A DNA stretch of 55,881 nt from an uncultured virus (IMG/VR IMGVR_UViG_3300030012_002808) (lineage: Duplodnaviria; Heunggongvirae; Uroviricota; Caudoviricetes): the IMG/VR virus record IMGVR_UViG_3300030012_002808; one strand, given 5' to 3'. The notes under the pieces are model-generated. The model was given only the letters and a program-made list of their open reading frames with translations. It did not search any database and had not been told where the DNA came from. The translations under genes and the position numbers were made by a program. Position 1 is the stretch's first letter; the number at the start of each line of letters is the position of its first letter. Of this stretch, positions 36,785-47,298 are shown one piece after another.

Positions 36785-39535
36785 CTAAGTAGCATCATTT
36801 TGATTTCTAACATCATATTTATTTTTATTTTCTCTAGCTATTTGTAGTTGTTTATCTGCTATTTCTTTTTGAGCTTGTATTTTTTCACGCTCAATTTGAT
36901 TTTTAGCAGATTCATTATTCATTCTATTTACTTCCTTTTCTCTTTGCAAGTCTGTTTGTGTTTGATATTGTTCAGTATCTCTAATATCTTTCATAGCATC
37001 TTGGAAGTCAGATTGCATATTTTTATCAATATCTGCCATTGATCCATAACCTGCAGCCCTAATTTCAGCAACAAGAATATCCTTTCTTCTTTCTTTCTCA
37101 GCTTCTTGAGCTTCTGCATCCAATCTCATTTGCTCTTGTTCTTTCTGAGCCTGTAATTGTTGTTCTTGCATTTGCTGTTGTTGCTGTTGCTCTTGTTGTT
37201 TTTGTTGTTGTTGTTTTTGTTCAGATGTTTTTAAAACTGTATTTAGTCCAGCAATAGAATCTGATTGAATAATTTTACCTAAGTCATATATACTAGCACC
37301 TGTAGTATTATTCTGCATAGCCATTTGTTTTAATTGCTCTAATACAGCTCTATGGTTTGCAGTTGTAGTACAAAAGATATTGAGATCTCTCATCAAAAGA
37401 TCTGTACCATTAATTTGAAAATTAACTTTTTCATCCAGTGATGTTATATAAGTCAATCTTGCAGATGGTTTAGTACTATGATAATATTGAGCCAGATCTG
37501 TTCTCATTTCATGTACTCTAGGCATTAGATAATCTGAGTGTTGTACAAAGTACATTTCTGTTTGGGCATATGATGCATTGGCCGCTTGTTCTACACCAGT
37601 AGCTGTCATTTGTGATAATTGCTGCCCCATTCTTTGTGGATTAACACCAATTACCTCATATGCTTGTTGTTTAAAATGATTAGCTAATTGAACTCTAGAC
37701 ATTAATCTATTAGTCTGATCTAAATCAAGTTTCTGAAAATGCTGGAAGTTTAATGCATTTTCTGTATTTGTAATAGTAGTATCTAGTGGTAGCATTTGGA
37801 AATCTTTCATAGCTACATAAGCTTTAGATAAATTACCTTTACCCCAGTCCTCACCTAATGAATGTTTAGGTAATGCATTTTGATCTAATAAAATTACAGT
37901 ACCTAATTCATCTACTAAAATATCAGCTATTTGATTATTTACAATATTAAAACCTATTTGATATGGTTTCATTAAATCAATAAGAGCTGTTGATTTAGTG
38001 TTTCTATCAGAAAATACAGCACCCTCTACAGGTAGTTTGCAACCATATAAACTATTCTCACCTTTAAACTGAAATTTAAGAGGATTTAAACGATTAGTAT
38101 TTATACCTAAATACATAGGTGCAAGTCCTCCTGGATTATTCATACCCCAATAGCTAGGAATATTTGGTCCTATTTTTATACCACCCCAAACCTCATTGAT
38201 CCAGATCCAATCAATATGTTCTCCAAATAATAAATTTTCTTTATTCTTATTTTTAAATAACCTAGTATCATAAATAGGTTTATCTGTAATTTTGTAATCT
38301 TCTGTAACAATCTCGTTTAATATTTGACCATCTTCAGTTACTTTAACTAGATGACCTAGTTTTCTTTGTGACTTCCAGTAAGATTGTGTAACCCGTAATA
38401 AGTTTGCATCAGGTGAATCTAACATACTTTCACTTTCACCTATAATATCTGCAACTACATCACCTCCGTCATATAATCCTGAATCACCCATAAATGATGT
38501 ATACTGACGCATGGCTAAAGATGGTCTATCTGTATTCCATTGATGTGATTTAGTAGCATCATAAAAAGAACCATCATTTTGCTGACCAGTAATAGTATAA
38601 CCAGCAGATCTTACAGGATAAATTGATTCTAAAGATTCTAGCTGCTCTTCAGTCATTAAAAATCCAAATTTATCTATAACATCAGCTGCTGTATACATAT
38701 CTGTTTTACCAACCCACTGGCCATCTGAGATATATCTAGTATCAGGAGATTTATGGTAAAAAGTTAATGCAGGATTCCAGAGCTCTACATCATAATCATC
38801 TTCCATCATATGAAAATGCCAGAACTCTCTATCTGTAATTAACATATCACGAAAGCCTCTTTCTTCAAGCTCATCCATTCTAAATCTTTCAATATCTACT
38901 TTATGTTGATGTTCAGCCCACTGTTCCACCATAGATCTATAGTCTTTCTTAAAGAACTGTTCTATTTCAGGTAAGCTTTTGATATTATCTGAAGACATTT
39001 GTTGTTGTGCTTCTTGAGAGTTAGGATCTAATCCTTGAGCAACCATGGCGGCCATTATCTTAACTTGTGCATCTGCCATTAATGTTTTTTCTACCTCAGC
39101 TCTTTTCTGTTCAAGCATTTCATTATATGAAAATTCATCAACAGCTCTATAAGTTAATTTAGTAGATCTTTTTGCAAACTCTGCAACAAGTACATTTACA
39201 ACATTAGGAATAATTGGATAAAATCTTAGCTCAAGAGCATTTGAAGTATCATCTAAAAGATTTTCTACAATATCTTTCATTTCATTATCATCTTCGATAA
39301 TGTAATCTGTTCTATCAATAATACCTTTTGCTAACTTATAATTTTTCATTAGCCTTCTTGAGTTTCGTCTTAATTGTTTAAGACCATTCCACTCAAGCCA
39401 GTCTAAATTCCAAGCAGCCCATTCTTGTGTTTTATCTTTTTTAGGTAGAAACTGAAGAGGTTGAGTTAAAGTACCCATCCTTTCTTGTTTAGCTTTAGCG
39501 CCTTTTTTTAATTGAAGTGCATTAAATACCTGCAT
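36785..39535 (-). CDS. Portal protein
   Basis: 916 aa after terminase; YPIIPN, IGVNPQRMG, Q-rich C-terminal coiled coil. Confidence 0.8.
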   Translation of the reverse strand: MQVFNALQLKKGAKAKQERMGTLTQPLQFLPKKDKTQEWAAWNLDWLEWNGLKQLRRNSRRLMKNYKLAKGIIDRTDYIIEDDNEMKDIVENLLDDTSNALELRFYPIIPNVVNVLVAEFAKRSTKLTYRAVDEFSYNEMLEQKRAEVEKTLMADAQVKIMAAMVAQGLDPNSQEAQQQMSSDNIKSLPEIEQFFKKDYRSMVEQWAEHQHKVDIERFRMDELEERGFRDMLITDREFWHFHMMEDDYDVELWNPALTFYHKSPDTRYISDGQWVGKTDMYTAADVIDKFGFLMTEEQLESLESIYPVRSAGYTITGQQNDGSFYDATKSHQWNTDRPSLAMRQYTSFMGDSGLYDGGDVVADIIGESESMLDSPDANLLRVTQSYWKSQRKLGHLVKVTEDGQILNEIVTEDYKITDKPIYDTRLFKNKNKENLLFGEHIDWIWINEVWGGIKIGPNIPSYWGMNNPGGLAPMYLGINTNRLNPLKFQFKGENSLYGCKLPVEGAVFSDRNTKSTALIDLMKPYQIGFNIVNNQIADILVDELGTVILLDQNALPKHSLGEDWGKGNLSKAYVAMKDFQMLPLDTTITNTENALNFQHFQKLDLDQTNRLMSRVQLANHFKQQAYEVIGVNPQRMGQQLSQMTATGVEQAANASYAQTEMYFVQHSDYLMPRVHEMRTDLAQYYHSTKPSARLTYITSLDEKVNFQINGTDLLMRDLNIFCTTTANHRAVLEQLKQMAMQNNTTGASIYDLGKIIQSDSIAGLNTVLKTSEQKQQQQKQQEQQQQQQMQEQQLQAQKEQEQMRLDAEAQEAEKERRKDILVAEIRAAGYGSMADIDKNMQSDFQDAMKDIRDTEQYQTQTDLQREKEVNRMNNESAKNQIEREKIQAQKEIADKQLQIARENKNKYDVRNQNDAT

Positions 39536-39540
39536 AATTA

Positions 39541-41754
39541 CTATTTAATATTTTTGAAAGCAGACCTTTTTACAGATGTACCATTAATTCTCTTTCTTTT
39601 CCTACCCATATGTCTAAACGGACTACTCTTTAATTTATACAAATTTTCTGACTTTTGCAACTTTTTAGCATCATCATCCATGATAGTTCTCTTTCTATAA
39701 CCTCTATTAGATTCTTGAATTCTCATAAATGCTACAAGCGCTGCAAAAGACACGAGCCTATCCACATTGACCCCATCTGCATATTCTCTCATTTCTTTTA
39801 TAAGCATGGGATCAGGAATTCTTTCTATCCCGTATGTTTTTCTAACTATAGTACCATCCTCTTTTGTTTCTACATCTATCTCTTCTTTTGTAAACTCAAT
39901 AGTATACGACAACAAATGAGCCTTAAATAATGTACCAGTATTCTTCCAACCATATTCTTGGAATACATTAGCATTAGCACCAAGATCTTTTAAAAACATA
40001 ATTTGACTTTTAGGTACAAGATACTTTTGCTTCTTTCTGTGAATCATATAATTTATAAATAATGATATGTTATTTTCTATAACTGTCCACGCATTATACC
40101 ACTCAATTATATGTTCTAATCTTTCATGTGTTCTATTTATATCATCAAACCTTCCGCACCATGCAGCAACTATTTTAGCTGGTTCTATATAAGTTTGCGT
40201 TTCTATACCAGTAACTTTTGTTACCTCTACAGAATTTTTCATTACATAAATAGAACATAATGATTCTGAGGTTGTAGTTTTACCTTCTGAAACAGGGTCA
40301 ATAGATGCATAGTAAGTACCAAAAGAAGGGTTGTCTACAGGTCTTTCCCAAACTACCAAAACACCTTCCTTATTTTCTGTTTTCTTTTTTATTGGAAAAT
40401 CTTTTATAGGTTGTTTATTAGACCTTTTAGATTGCAGCTTACCATTTTCATCTTCATACAAATCTATAAACTCATAACCATATGTTTTATCTTCTATTCT
40501 TTGCTGTTGTGCAGCTAGCAGATGTGTAGGAAATACAGAAATAGATCTATGGTCAAATGCTTCTTTTATATTTCTTGGATGCTGAGATATTCTCAATTGA
40601 TAATCTTCTGGAGCCAACTCTTTTTTCCAATCTATAAATTGTTGTTCTAAAGCTTTAAGCGCTTCTTCTACTTTAGAGTTGCCATACTGGTCTATATGTG
40701 GAGGCATAGACCATTGTTCAGGAATAAATAAACCTGACAAACCAGTAGTACCTTTATCATCTATTAAATCAGTTTCTACAGCATAAATATCTTTAGATGT
40801 AGGATTCTGAATCATATCTTTAAGCGGGTTACATTGTGACAAATCACCCACGGATCCTGCTGCTATAAATAATCCTGTAGTAGTAAGACCAGATCTCATT
40901 GCTGGTCTCATGTACTCATATGTCTTATCCATTTTAGGTGCAATACCTGCTTCCTCATGAAAGAAGTATTTAACAGGACCCCCTACACCATTTGTTGGAT
41001 CTTTTTCAAATGACATTGCTTGTATAGTTCCTTTAAGTCCTACTTCAGTTTTTCTATTGCCCTTTCTAACCTCAATCTTTTGTTGCCACATCATTATTTT
41101 GTTTGGGTTCATAGGTCTATACCATGCAGTATGTTCATTTAGAAATGCTGCATATTCATCTAAAAACTTCCAAGATCCTTTCTCATTGATATAATCTTTA
41201 AGACTAGCGCCTATTTTTAATGTCACCCCAGCTTCAAACCATTGCTGATTAATAAGCTTTGCCATATGGTAATAAGAAGATGCTATCTGACGTTTCTTTA
41301 GTATAGCAACATGTTTATAGTTTAACTCTGCTAGCATCTCATACAATGCCATATGATACTGAGCATCCCTAATATCAGCAAACCCAAATTGCTGTATTTC
41401 TTTATTAAAGATTGGTAGAAAGTTTAACCACATATAATAATCACGGGTTATATACCAGGTTCCTTTTTTAGATTTATATATTACACCCTTTCTACATTTC
41501 TTTTTTTCACCATCCCAGTATTTAATAAAATCTTTTGATTTAAATGCTGATGTGCAATAAACACCTGTATCTTTAAACTTAGTTGCTTGTGAATTAAATT
41601 GTAAACTAGTTTTATCAAAATTATACTGACCAGGTTCTTTAAATAAAACTCTTATATAATCTGCAAAGTCTTCTCTGCTATCAAAGTCTGTAGTAGTCCA
41701 TACACCATTATCCCAAGTTGGGATATCCTCATATATTTCTGTATTATTGATCAT
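39541..41754 (-). CDS. terL: Terminase large subunit
   Basis: LKKRQIASS (Walker A-like), FFHEEAG (Walker B), ASIDP and IENN nuclease motifs, terminal DRL. Confidence 0.9.
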   Translation of the reverse strand: MINNTEIYEDIPTWDNGVWTTTDFDSREDFADYIRVLFKEPGQYNFDKTSLQFNSQATKFKDTGVYCTSAFKSKDFIKYWDGEKKKCRKGVIYKSKKGTWYITRDYYMWLNFLPIFNKEIQQFGFADIRDAQYHMALYEMLAELNYKHVAILKKRQIASSYYHMAKLINQQWFEAGVTLKIGASLKDYINEKGSWKFLDEYAAFLNEHTAWYRPMNPNKIMMWQQKIEVRKGNRKTEVGLKGTIQAMSFEKDPTNGVGGPVKYFFHEEAGIAPKMDKTYEYMRPAMRSGLTTTGLFIAAGSVGDLSQCNPLKDMIQNPTSKDIYAVETDLIDDKGTTGLSGLFIPEQWSMPPHIDQYGNSKVEEALKALEQQFIDWKKELAPEDYQLRISQHPRNIKEAFDHRSISVFPTHLLAAQQQRIEDKTYGYEFIDLYEDENGKLQSKRSNKQPIKDFPIKKKTENKEGVLVVWERPVDNPSFGTYYASIDPVSEGKTTTSESLCSIYVMKNSVEVTKVTGIETQTYIEPAKIVAAWCGRFDDINRTHERLEHIIEWYNAWTVIENNISLFINYMIHRKKQKYLVPKSQIMFLKDLGANANVFQEYGWKNTGTLFKAHLLSYTIEFTKEEIDVETKEDGTIVRKTYGIERIPDPMLIKEMREYADGVNVDRLVSFAALVAFMRIQESNRGYRKRTIMDDDAKKLQKSENLYKLKSSPFRHMGRKRKRINGTSVKRSAFKNIK

Positions 41755-42259
41755 ATCCTAAACCATAACCACCTCTTACAGAAGATTGTTGTTCTTCTTG
41801 CAAGTCTTTGTATGCACCTTTAAATGAAGATCTAATCTGTTCAAATTTAGCAGCCGCATTCACCATAGAATTTATATTACCATCGCGGCCATGTTCTATT
41901 GGTGTAGTCTCCATATATCTCCCTAATCTATCTAACATAGCTGCAATACCTTTATATGCTCTGGATGTAGGTGTTTCATACATTCTCTGACAAAATTTTA
42001 AAGCAGCATAAACATCATCATCTTCTGTAGAAAACTCAGCGTCAATCTCTTCTAATATTAAAGACTCTTTATCTATATCAGGTGTATGAAAAAAAGGATT
42101 AAGATCTGGACTTGGGCAAGTCATATAAAATAGATATTGATATATTTTTAAATAATCATCAGGAAACTTTTCCATTATATCTTTTAAAGATTTTAAAGTA
42201 TAACAATGTTCAGTAGGAATTACAGTATCATTTTCAATATCAAATAGTCTAATTAACAT
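41744..42259 (-). CDS. Helical protein upstream of terL, possible terminase small subunit
   Basis: Size and overlap with terL only. Confidence 0.4.
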   Translation of the reverse strand: MLIRLFDIENDTVIPTEHCYTLKSLKDIMEKFPDDYLKIYQYLFYMTCPSPDLNPFFHTPDIDKESLILEEIDAEFSTEDDDVYAALKFCQRMYETPTSRAYKGIAAMLDRLGRYMETTPIEHGRDGNINSMVNAAAKFEQIRSSFKGAYKDLQEEQQSSVRGGYGLGYDQ

Positions 42260-42263
42260 TTTA

Positions 42264-43073
42264 TTAGTTTTTTAAGTAGTGTAGTATTGCATGCACTTCA
42301 TCAATTAAATAATCTACAGGGAGTATGTTAACTTTTGATACAATAGGATCACCTGATGAATTAATTTTTGTAATAGGATATCCATATTTATCTTCACCTT
42401 CTTTTTCAAACTCAACATGATATATAAATATATTTCCTGGCTTTAATTTAGGATTATGCTTTAATATAATATACATATAAATACTGAGCTGTAAACTATA
42501 ATGGTTAAAGTTACAATCATCCAAGTTAGTAACTGGAGAACTCATTTTCTCACTTATACCCTCCCAGTTTTTATAAGATTCTTTTTTAATTTCTTTATTG
42601 GTCTTATAATCAATAATATGAACTTTATTATTTATAACTTCAACAAGATCTGCTTGACCACATATACCAGCAGACTTTAAATAAACCATATGTTCAGGGT
42701 AAATTCCTGGATCTAACTTTTGGGTTGAGGATAATTTTTTACCATCCTTTAATGGTTGAGGTGGTATTACAGGTATTACAACACCTTCTTTTTCCATAGA
42801 AGAAAGTGAACATAAATCAGCTTCTCTTTGATTATGATAAAATGTTCCTAAATCTGTGGCACGTTTAGATTCTTTATTCCAAATTTTAATAATCTCTTTT
42901 GGTTCTAAATTATACCATTTTGATTTTTTATTTTTACTAACCTTATTAGCAACTTTTTTTGCATCAAAAGGTTTCTTAAGTTTTGAAATCACTGTAGTTA
43001 CACTAGTCCATTTTATATCTGACTTGTCTATACTATGGTAACTATGATCTTTTTCATTAAATAATAAATTCAT
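42264..43073 (-). CDS. PD-(D/E)xK exonuclease (start revised to MNLLFNE)
   Basis: SVTT, GTFYH, GQADL, IIDYKT, YSLQLSIY motifs. Confidence 0.85.
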   Translation of the reverse strand: MNLLFNEKDHSYHSIDKSDIKWTSVTTVISKLKKPFDAKKVANKVSKNKKSKWYNLEPKEIIKIWNKESKRATDLGTFYHNQREADLCSLSSMEKEGVVIPVIPPQPLKDGKKLSSTQKLDPGIYPEHMVYLKSAGICGQADLVEVINNKVHIIDYKTNKEIKKESYKNWEGISEKMSSPVTNLDDCNFNHYSLQLSIYMYIILKHNPKLKPGNIFIYHVEFEKEGEDKYGYPITKINSSGDPIVSKVNILPVDYLIDEVHAILHYLKN

Positions 43074-43075
43074 AA

Positions 43076-43378
43076 TTAATCTGTTAGTTGATCTAATATA
43101 TCTTCTTCTGATTCTGTCATTAATGCAGGCCATTCTCCTATTGGACATGCTGATGATAAAGCTCTTGTTTTAAATGCAAGTGAACATCCACAATTACCAC
43201 AACAAGGTTGTGTACCAGGCATCTCACATTTTGTTCCTTTAAGATCTATTTCTATACACTCTTTGCATAAAGACATTCTTTTTAAGGCAACATCTTCTAC
43301 AAACTCATCTCTAATTACTGCATTTTTAATACCTTCATAAATCTGTTTTCTGTTTTCCCATATTTTCTTTAAATTCAT
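43076..43378 (-). CDS. Cys-rich Zn-binding protein
   Basis: R...CKEC...CGNCGC.L..K...CPIGEW. Confidence 0.7.
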   Translation of the reverse strand: MNLKKIWENRKQIYEGIKNAVIRDEFVEDVALKRMSLCKECIEIDLKGTKCEMPGTQPCCGNCGCSLAFKTRALSSACPIGEWPALMTESEEDILDQLTD

Positions 43379-43733
43379 TTTTAATCTTTTTATAAGTTGT
43401 CTTTCTTTCTTCTTCTAAATTGTGTAATTCCATTAATTTAATAAGTAGTTGTAATTTATCTTCTATAGTTTTTTTATTATAATAAGCTGAGAATGTAGAA
43501 GTATCATGATTTTTTAAAACTTTTTTATATTTATCAATAGATTTTCTTATATAATTAGCTTTTGAAACAAAATGACCTAAACCCTCTATATTTAATCTTG
43601 TATATTCTAGATTACTTAAAGCTGATCTACATTCTTTATAATAAAAATCTATAAGTGCTTCAATTAAATTAGAATCTTCTTTTAACTTATTACTAATCTC
43701 ATCAATAAAAATCTTAACTTTTTTTGGATTCAT
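43335..43733 (-). CDS. HU/IHF-like protein
   Basis: IDEISNKL...LIEALIDFYY...LNIEGLGHF matches the HU N-terminal fold; ATG at 43733. Confidence 0.6.
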   Translation of the reverse strand: MNPKKVKIFIDEISNKLKEDSNLIEALIDFYYKECRSALSNLEYTRLNIEGLGHFVSKANYIRKSIDKYKKVLKNHDTSTFSAYYNKKTIEDKLQLLIKLMELHNLEEERKTTYKKIKNEFKENMGKQKTDL

Positions 43734-44094
43734 GAGCAAGAAATTTATAATCTAATAATATAGTACCTTTAGTTTGAATATTTAATTTAGGGTTAAGTAA
43801 TATTAATTTTTTATTATTTGGATCTTTAATTATAAGTTTATTTTTTTCAGATTTATTTAAGGAATTTCTAACAGATTGGGGTGATTTAAAGATGCTGTCC
43901 TCTGGTTCAGAGGACGCATCTGAGCAAAAATTACTAAGTTCAATTGGTTGATTAAAAGATAATAATGTTAAACATTCAAGATCAGCATTACTTAATATAA
44001 TCTTATTAAGATAGCAATGTGTTAATATTTGATACTTAACAATATCCCATTTATCAATCTTAACTTTTTTTTGAACTTGATTAACAATAGCCAT
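43714..44094 (-). CDS. Putative winged-helix DNA-binding protein
   Basis: SPQSVRNSLNKSEKNKLI...LNP pattern. Confidence 0.5.
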   Translation of the reverse strand: MAIVNQVQKKVKIDKWDIVKYQILTHCYLNKIILSNADLECLTLLSFNQPIELSNFCSDASSEPEDSIFKSPQSVRNSLNKSEKNKLIIKDPNNKKLILLNPKLNIQTKGTILLDYKFLAHESKKS

Positions 44095-44095
44095 T

Positions 44096-44386
44096 TTAGG
44101 TTCTTTTAAGTTTACTTCTTTTTAGTGGTTTTTTATCTTGAGTTGGTTTAGATTTTGGCTTATCTACATCCTCATCTGAACCTTCTGGTGGTTGCGTACT
44201 AGCCATTAGCATTTGCCATTGATATGCAAAGTTTGCTCTTTTAAATCTAGCCTCTTCCACATCAGTTAGAAGTTGTTCATATTTAAGTTGTGATTCTAAA
44301 TAAGGAATAGAAGAATCATAAAATTCTTTCATTTCTTCTTTTCTTTGATCTAGCTCTTCAGCTGATAAATTTTCTGGATTTTCCAT
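44096..44386 (-). CDS. Hypothetical coiled-coil protein
   Basis: Intact ORF with A-rich start region and an upstream promoter. Confidence 0.7.
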   Translation of the reverse strand: MENPENLSAEELDQRKEEMKEFYDSSIPYLESQLKYEQLLTDVEEARFKRANFAYQWQMLMASTQPPEGSDEDVDKPKSKPTQDKKPLKRSKLKRT

Positions 44387-44407
44387 TGGTTTAAATTTTT
44401 ATTTAAT

Positions 44408-44420
44408 CAAATATACAAAT
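44408..44420 (-). promoter_or_regulatory. Bacteroidota-type -7 promoter element (TATATTTG)
   Basis: Matches TAnnTTTG; lies after a terminator and before the ATG at 44386. Confidence 0.55.
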
Positions 44421-44445
44421 AAAGTTTAAACTTCTGTAGTTTAAA

Positions 44446-44475
44446 TAAAAAAACCTAGATAATTAAACCTAGGTT
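44446..44475 (-). terminator. Intrinsic terminator after the endolysin
   Basis: AACCTAG/CTAGGTT stem with T tract. Confidence 0.65.
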
Positions 44476-44505
44476 CTTTAATTCACACATTACAAAACAA
44501 AAAAT

Positions 44506-45204
44506 TTATACTGTACCTTCAGCTTCTACTTGTTGTATCATTTGAAAGTGTATTTTAGCTATTCTATCTCTACCTTCTTCAGATAAAAGATACTTGTGAC
44601 AGTTATCTGAATTAGTCATAAAAAAGTTTTCAGAAAGTATTGCAGGCATATTAGTATCCATTAGTACTGTAAATTTAGCCTCCTGATCTACATCACCATC
44701 TCTATATGTATCAGATCTCATATACTCTCCCTTAAACTCCCGTGCAGCTTTTTCAAATAGTATTGTTGCAATACCATCAGATTTAGTTGTACCTGGCGAA
44801 GTATACACACACCACCCATTTGCAGACTCTTCAGTATATCCATTTGCATGTACGCTCACATATATGCAAGGTTTTTCAGAAGACTTAGCTAATCTATTAG
44901 CTGTGTTTACTCTTTCTGATAAGCTAATATCATTTGGAGTATCTACTAGATTAATAGCATCTATACCATTAGCTTCACACTTTTTCATTAATCTATCTAC
45001 TATGGCACGATTAAACTCACCTTCAAATAGCTGAGTACCATCTGGCCATACAGGAGATCTTTTACCAGGAGTTTGATATACACCATCTACTATACCACCA
45101 TGACCATTATCAAGTATCCAAAGATACTTTGATCCTGCTTGATGTTGTGTAATAGACATATCAAACTCTGTTTTACAATGAGGACATGTTATAATTTTTT
45201 CCAT
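44506..45204 (-). CDS. Endolysin, N-acetylmuramoyl-L-alanine amidase (Amidase_3)
   Basis: ILDNGHGG, E, SLSERVNTAN, VSVHAN, MPAILSENFFM; N-terminal CPHC. Confidence 0.92.
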   Translation of the reverse strand: MEKIITCPHCKTEFDMSITQHQAGSKYLWILDNGHGGIVDGVYQTPGKRSPVWPDGTQLFEGEFNRAIVDRLMKKCEANGIDAINLVDTPNDISLSERVNTANRLAKSSEKPCIYVSVHANGYTEESANGWCVYTSPGTTKSDGIATILFEKAAREFKGEYMRSDTYRDGDVDQEAKFTVLMDTNMPAILSENFFMTNSDNCHKYLLSEEGRDRIAKIHFQMIQQVEAEGTV

Positions 45205-45278
45205 AGCGCTCTAATTATAGCAGGCATTACAAAGAAAGCTGCAAAGTATAAGAATAAAAGTAGCGGAGTTACCCCATT

Positions 45279-45512
45279 TTATTTTTTGTTTCTAATTCGT
45301 GTTAATTTATCAATAGAAGTTAATCCTAGTGATCCAAATGCAAATAATGCAACTGCATCTACCAGATACTCAGCTGGTCTGATATCACCGTGAGTAAATG
45401 TATTTGCTACTAAAGAAGTTACTAGTGCTAATACACATAGCAATCCCCCTAATCTTTTAGATGAATAGTTTCCTGTTTCATCACTTAATAATTCTTTAAA
45501 AAACGTTTTCAT
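45279..45512 (-). CDS. Putative holin (two TM helices; start revised to MKTFFKE)
   Basis: SSKR motif, two hydrophobic helices, basic tail; next to the endolysin. Confidence 0.65.
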   Translation of the reverse strand: MKTFFKELLSDETGNYSSKRLGGLLCVLALVTSLVANTFTHGDIRPAEYLVDAVALFAFGSLGLTSIDKLTRIRNKK

Positions 45513-45955
45513 AGTAATCTTTTTTTTAAAAATAAAAATAATCTGTAGGCTCCATAAAGCACTACAGCTATCATTAACCAATTAAATATCTTTTTCCAAA
45601 GCGGAGTTTTTTCATAATACTTAATTGGTATCTTTCTTTCTACTATTTTTTCTACCGTGATAGTATCACACTCACCTCTTATGTATACATTTTGTTTAAT
45701 GGTATCATGAAATATTTTAACAGTAAGTCTTTCTTTCTGCAGAACTAAAGTATCCCTAGTTATCTGAGTAAAAAAATGTTGACTAATAAGTGTGTCATGT
45801 ACCACCTTTGGCACTTCTACTTTAACTGTATCATGTATAGTTAAAGTATCTGTAGTAAGTAAATAAGGATGTTTATTTATTAACCTGGTAAACCTCCGTT
45901 GAGGAGTGCAGGCAAATAAGCCTAATATCATTAATACAGAAAAAATTCTTATCAT
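45509..45955 (-). CDS. Putative unimolecular spanin
   Basis: N-terminal lipobox (LFA-C), beta-rich middle, C-terminal TM helix; in the lysis cassette. Confidence 0.7.
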   Translation of the reverse strand: MIRIFSVLMILGLFACTPQRRFTRLINKHPYLLTTDTLTIHDTVKVEVPKVVHDTLISQHFFTQITRDTLVLQKERLTVKIFHDTIKQNVYIRGECDTITVEKIVERKIPIKYYEKTPLWKKIFNWLMIAVVLYGAYRLFLFLKKRLL

Positions 45956-46278
45956 TTACTTTTAATTCCGTGAATAGCTTCAATGATCTCTATTTTCATT
46001 TTAGCCATATCATCTCTTAAATCAGTAATAGATTTTTCTTGCTTTTCGCGATTAGACTCAACTTTAGTTTTTAGATCATCAATTCTTTTATGGACTCTTT
46101 CAGTAATCTCTTTCTTGATACTTTTCATTTCATCTAGCTCTTTAGAAAGATTGTCTAATGTTAGTTGTTGTATAGTTACCTTTCCTTTCAAAGTATGCCA
46201 TACACCTAAAGCGCCTGTTAATGATACCAATAATGCTATAAAAGCATCAAAACCTATTTGTAAACCTGAAACATCCAT
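45952..46278 (-). CDS. Membrane-anchored coiled-coil protein, lysis-associated
   Basis: One N-terminal TM helix plus coiled coil; start revised to MDVSG, downstream of the promoter motif. Confidence 0.55.
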   Translation of the reverse strand: MDVSGLQIGFDAFIALLVSLTGALGVWHTLKGKVTIQQLTLDNLSKELDEMKSIKKEITERVHKRIDDLKTKVESNREKQEKSITDLRDDMAKMKIEIIEAIHGIKSK

Positions 46279-46308
46279 TCTTTCTTGTATAAATAATAAA
46301 CATATATC

Positions 46309-46325
46309 TATAATATACAAAAAAA
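46309..46325 (-). promoter_or_regulatory. Putative late promoter of the lysis cassette
   Basis: TTTTGTATATTATA motif. Confidence 0.6.
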
Positions 46326-46353
46326 ATTTAAATATACCAGTAAATACGTAGGT

Positions 46354-47247
46354 TTAAATAGGGAATTTATGGGAGTCTACTTGACATAAATGAAAGTCAC
46401 CTTTATCTTTAGTACTGGTACGCCTGTACTCTATATTTAGAATGCGACCTCCTGTAGGTTTGATAGGTGCGCCACGTTCTACATGCCACCCTTTACTTCC
46501 AGCACCATATTCTTCTTTGTATGTTCCTGTAATCATCATATGAAGTTGTTTTTGCACATGTCTGTAAGTACTTCCTCCTTGTGTGCAAACATCTCTAACA
46601 TCATTTCTTGCAGCATTTTCGTGTATATGACCCATGGTAAATACATCAAAGTCTTCATACTTTTCTAAAGCTCTTGTAAGATTTAAAGCTCCTTTGGTTA
46701 CAATACCGCCTCCACCTGATCCATGGAAGTATTTTATTTTAATAGATCTTGTAGAATCTTTTGTATTTGGTTTAGCTCTTACTACTTGATTTACAATAAA
46801 CCAACCACCATAACCACCAGTCATGACATTAGAATCATTTTTAAGATTAAGCATTTTTACAAATCTAGCTAGTATATCAGTTTCTTGAAATTTAATTATA
46901 GACGTTTCATGATTACCGTATCCTATAACTGTCATTAAGTGAGCATACGGTGACCACCATTCTACTGCTGTTTCTACAATACTATCTAAATACTTAGTAT
47001 TATTGTGTTCTGGTCTAATATCTGATTTATTTCTTCGGTTATCTCCTCTACCTTGCATTAAGCAAAACATGTCTCCATTAATATGAATAGGAATAGATTC
47101 TTTTAGACAATAGTTTAAATCTTTTTTTAATAATTTCCAATCACATTTTGGGTTATCCCAATGTAAATCTGAGAACATTGCAATACGTGCTTTACTACCC
47201 CCTAATTTAAGTTCATGAATATTATCAGCGTGTTTAATTAACTTCAT
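46354..47247 (-). CDS. Calcineurin-like metallophosphoesterase
   Basis: SDLH, NGD, GNHE, FHG, GHIH motifs. Confidence 0.88.
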   Translation of the reverse strand: MKLIKHADNIHELKLGGSKARIAMFSDLHWDNPKCDWKLLKKDLNYCLKESIPIHINGDMFCLMQGRGDNRRNKSDIRPEHNNTKYLDSIVETAVEWWSPYAHLMTVIGYGNHETSIIKFQETDILARFVKMLNLKNDSNVMTGGYGGWFIVNQVVRAKPNTKDSTRSIKIKYFHGSGGGGIVTKGALNLTRALEKYEDFDVFTMGHIHENAARNDVRDVCTQGGSTYRHVQKQLHMMITGTYKEEYGAGSKGWHVERGAPIKPTGGRILNIEYRRTSTKDKGDFHLCQVDSHKFPI

Positions 47248-47298
47248 AATTTTATTTTTTCTGAGGAGAGATATTCTAATATAGTGTTTATTTTTTAT

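Noticed and set aside
37150..37222. CAA/CAG-rich repeat in the portal gene
   Set aside because: Ordinary Gln-rich coiled coil at a portal C-terminus.
39541..41754. Intron or intein in terL
   Set aside because: The ORF is continuous, of normal length, with no intein or homing-endonuclease motifs.
42264..43073. Cas4 / CRISPR adaptation link
   Set aside because: Lacks the four-Cys Fe-S pattern and no array is present; generic PD-(D/E)xK nuclease.
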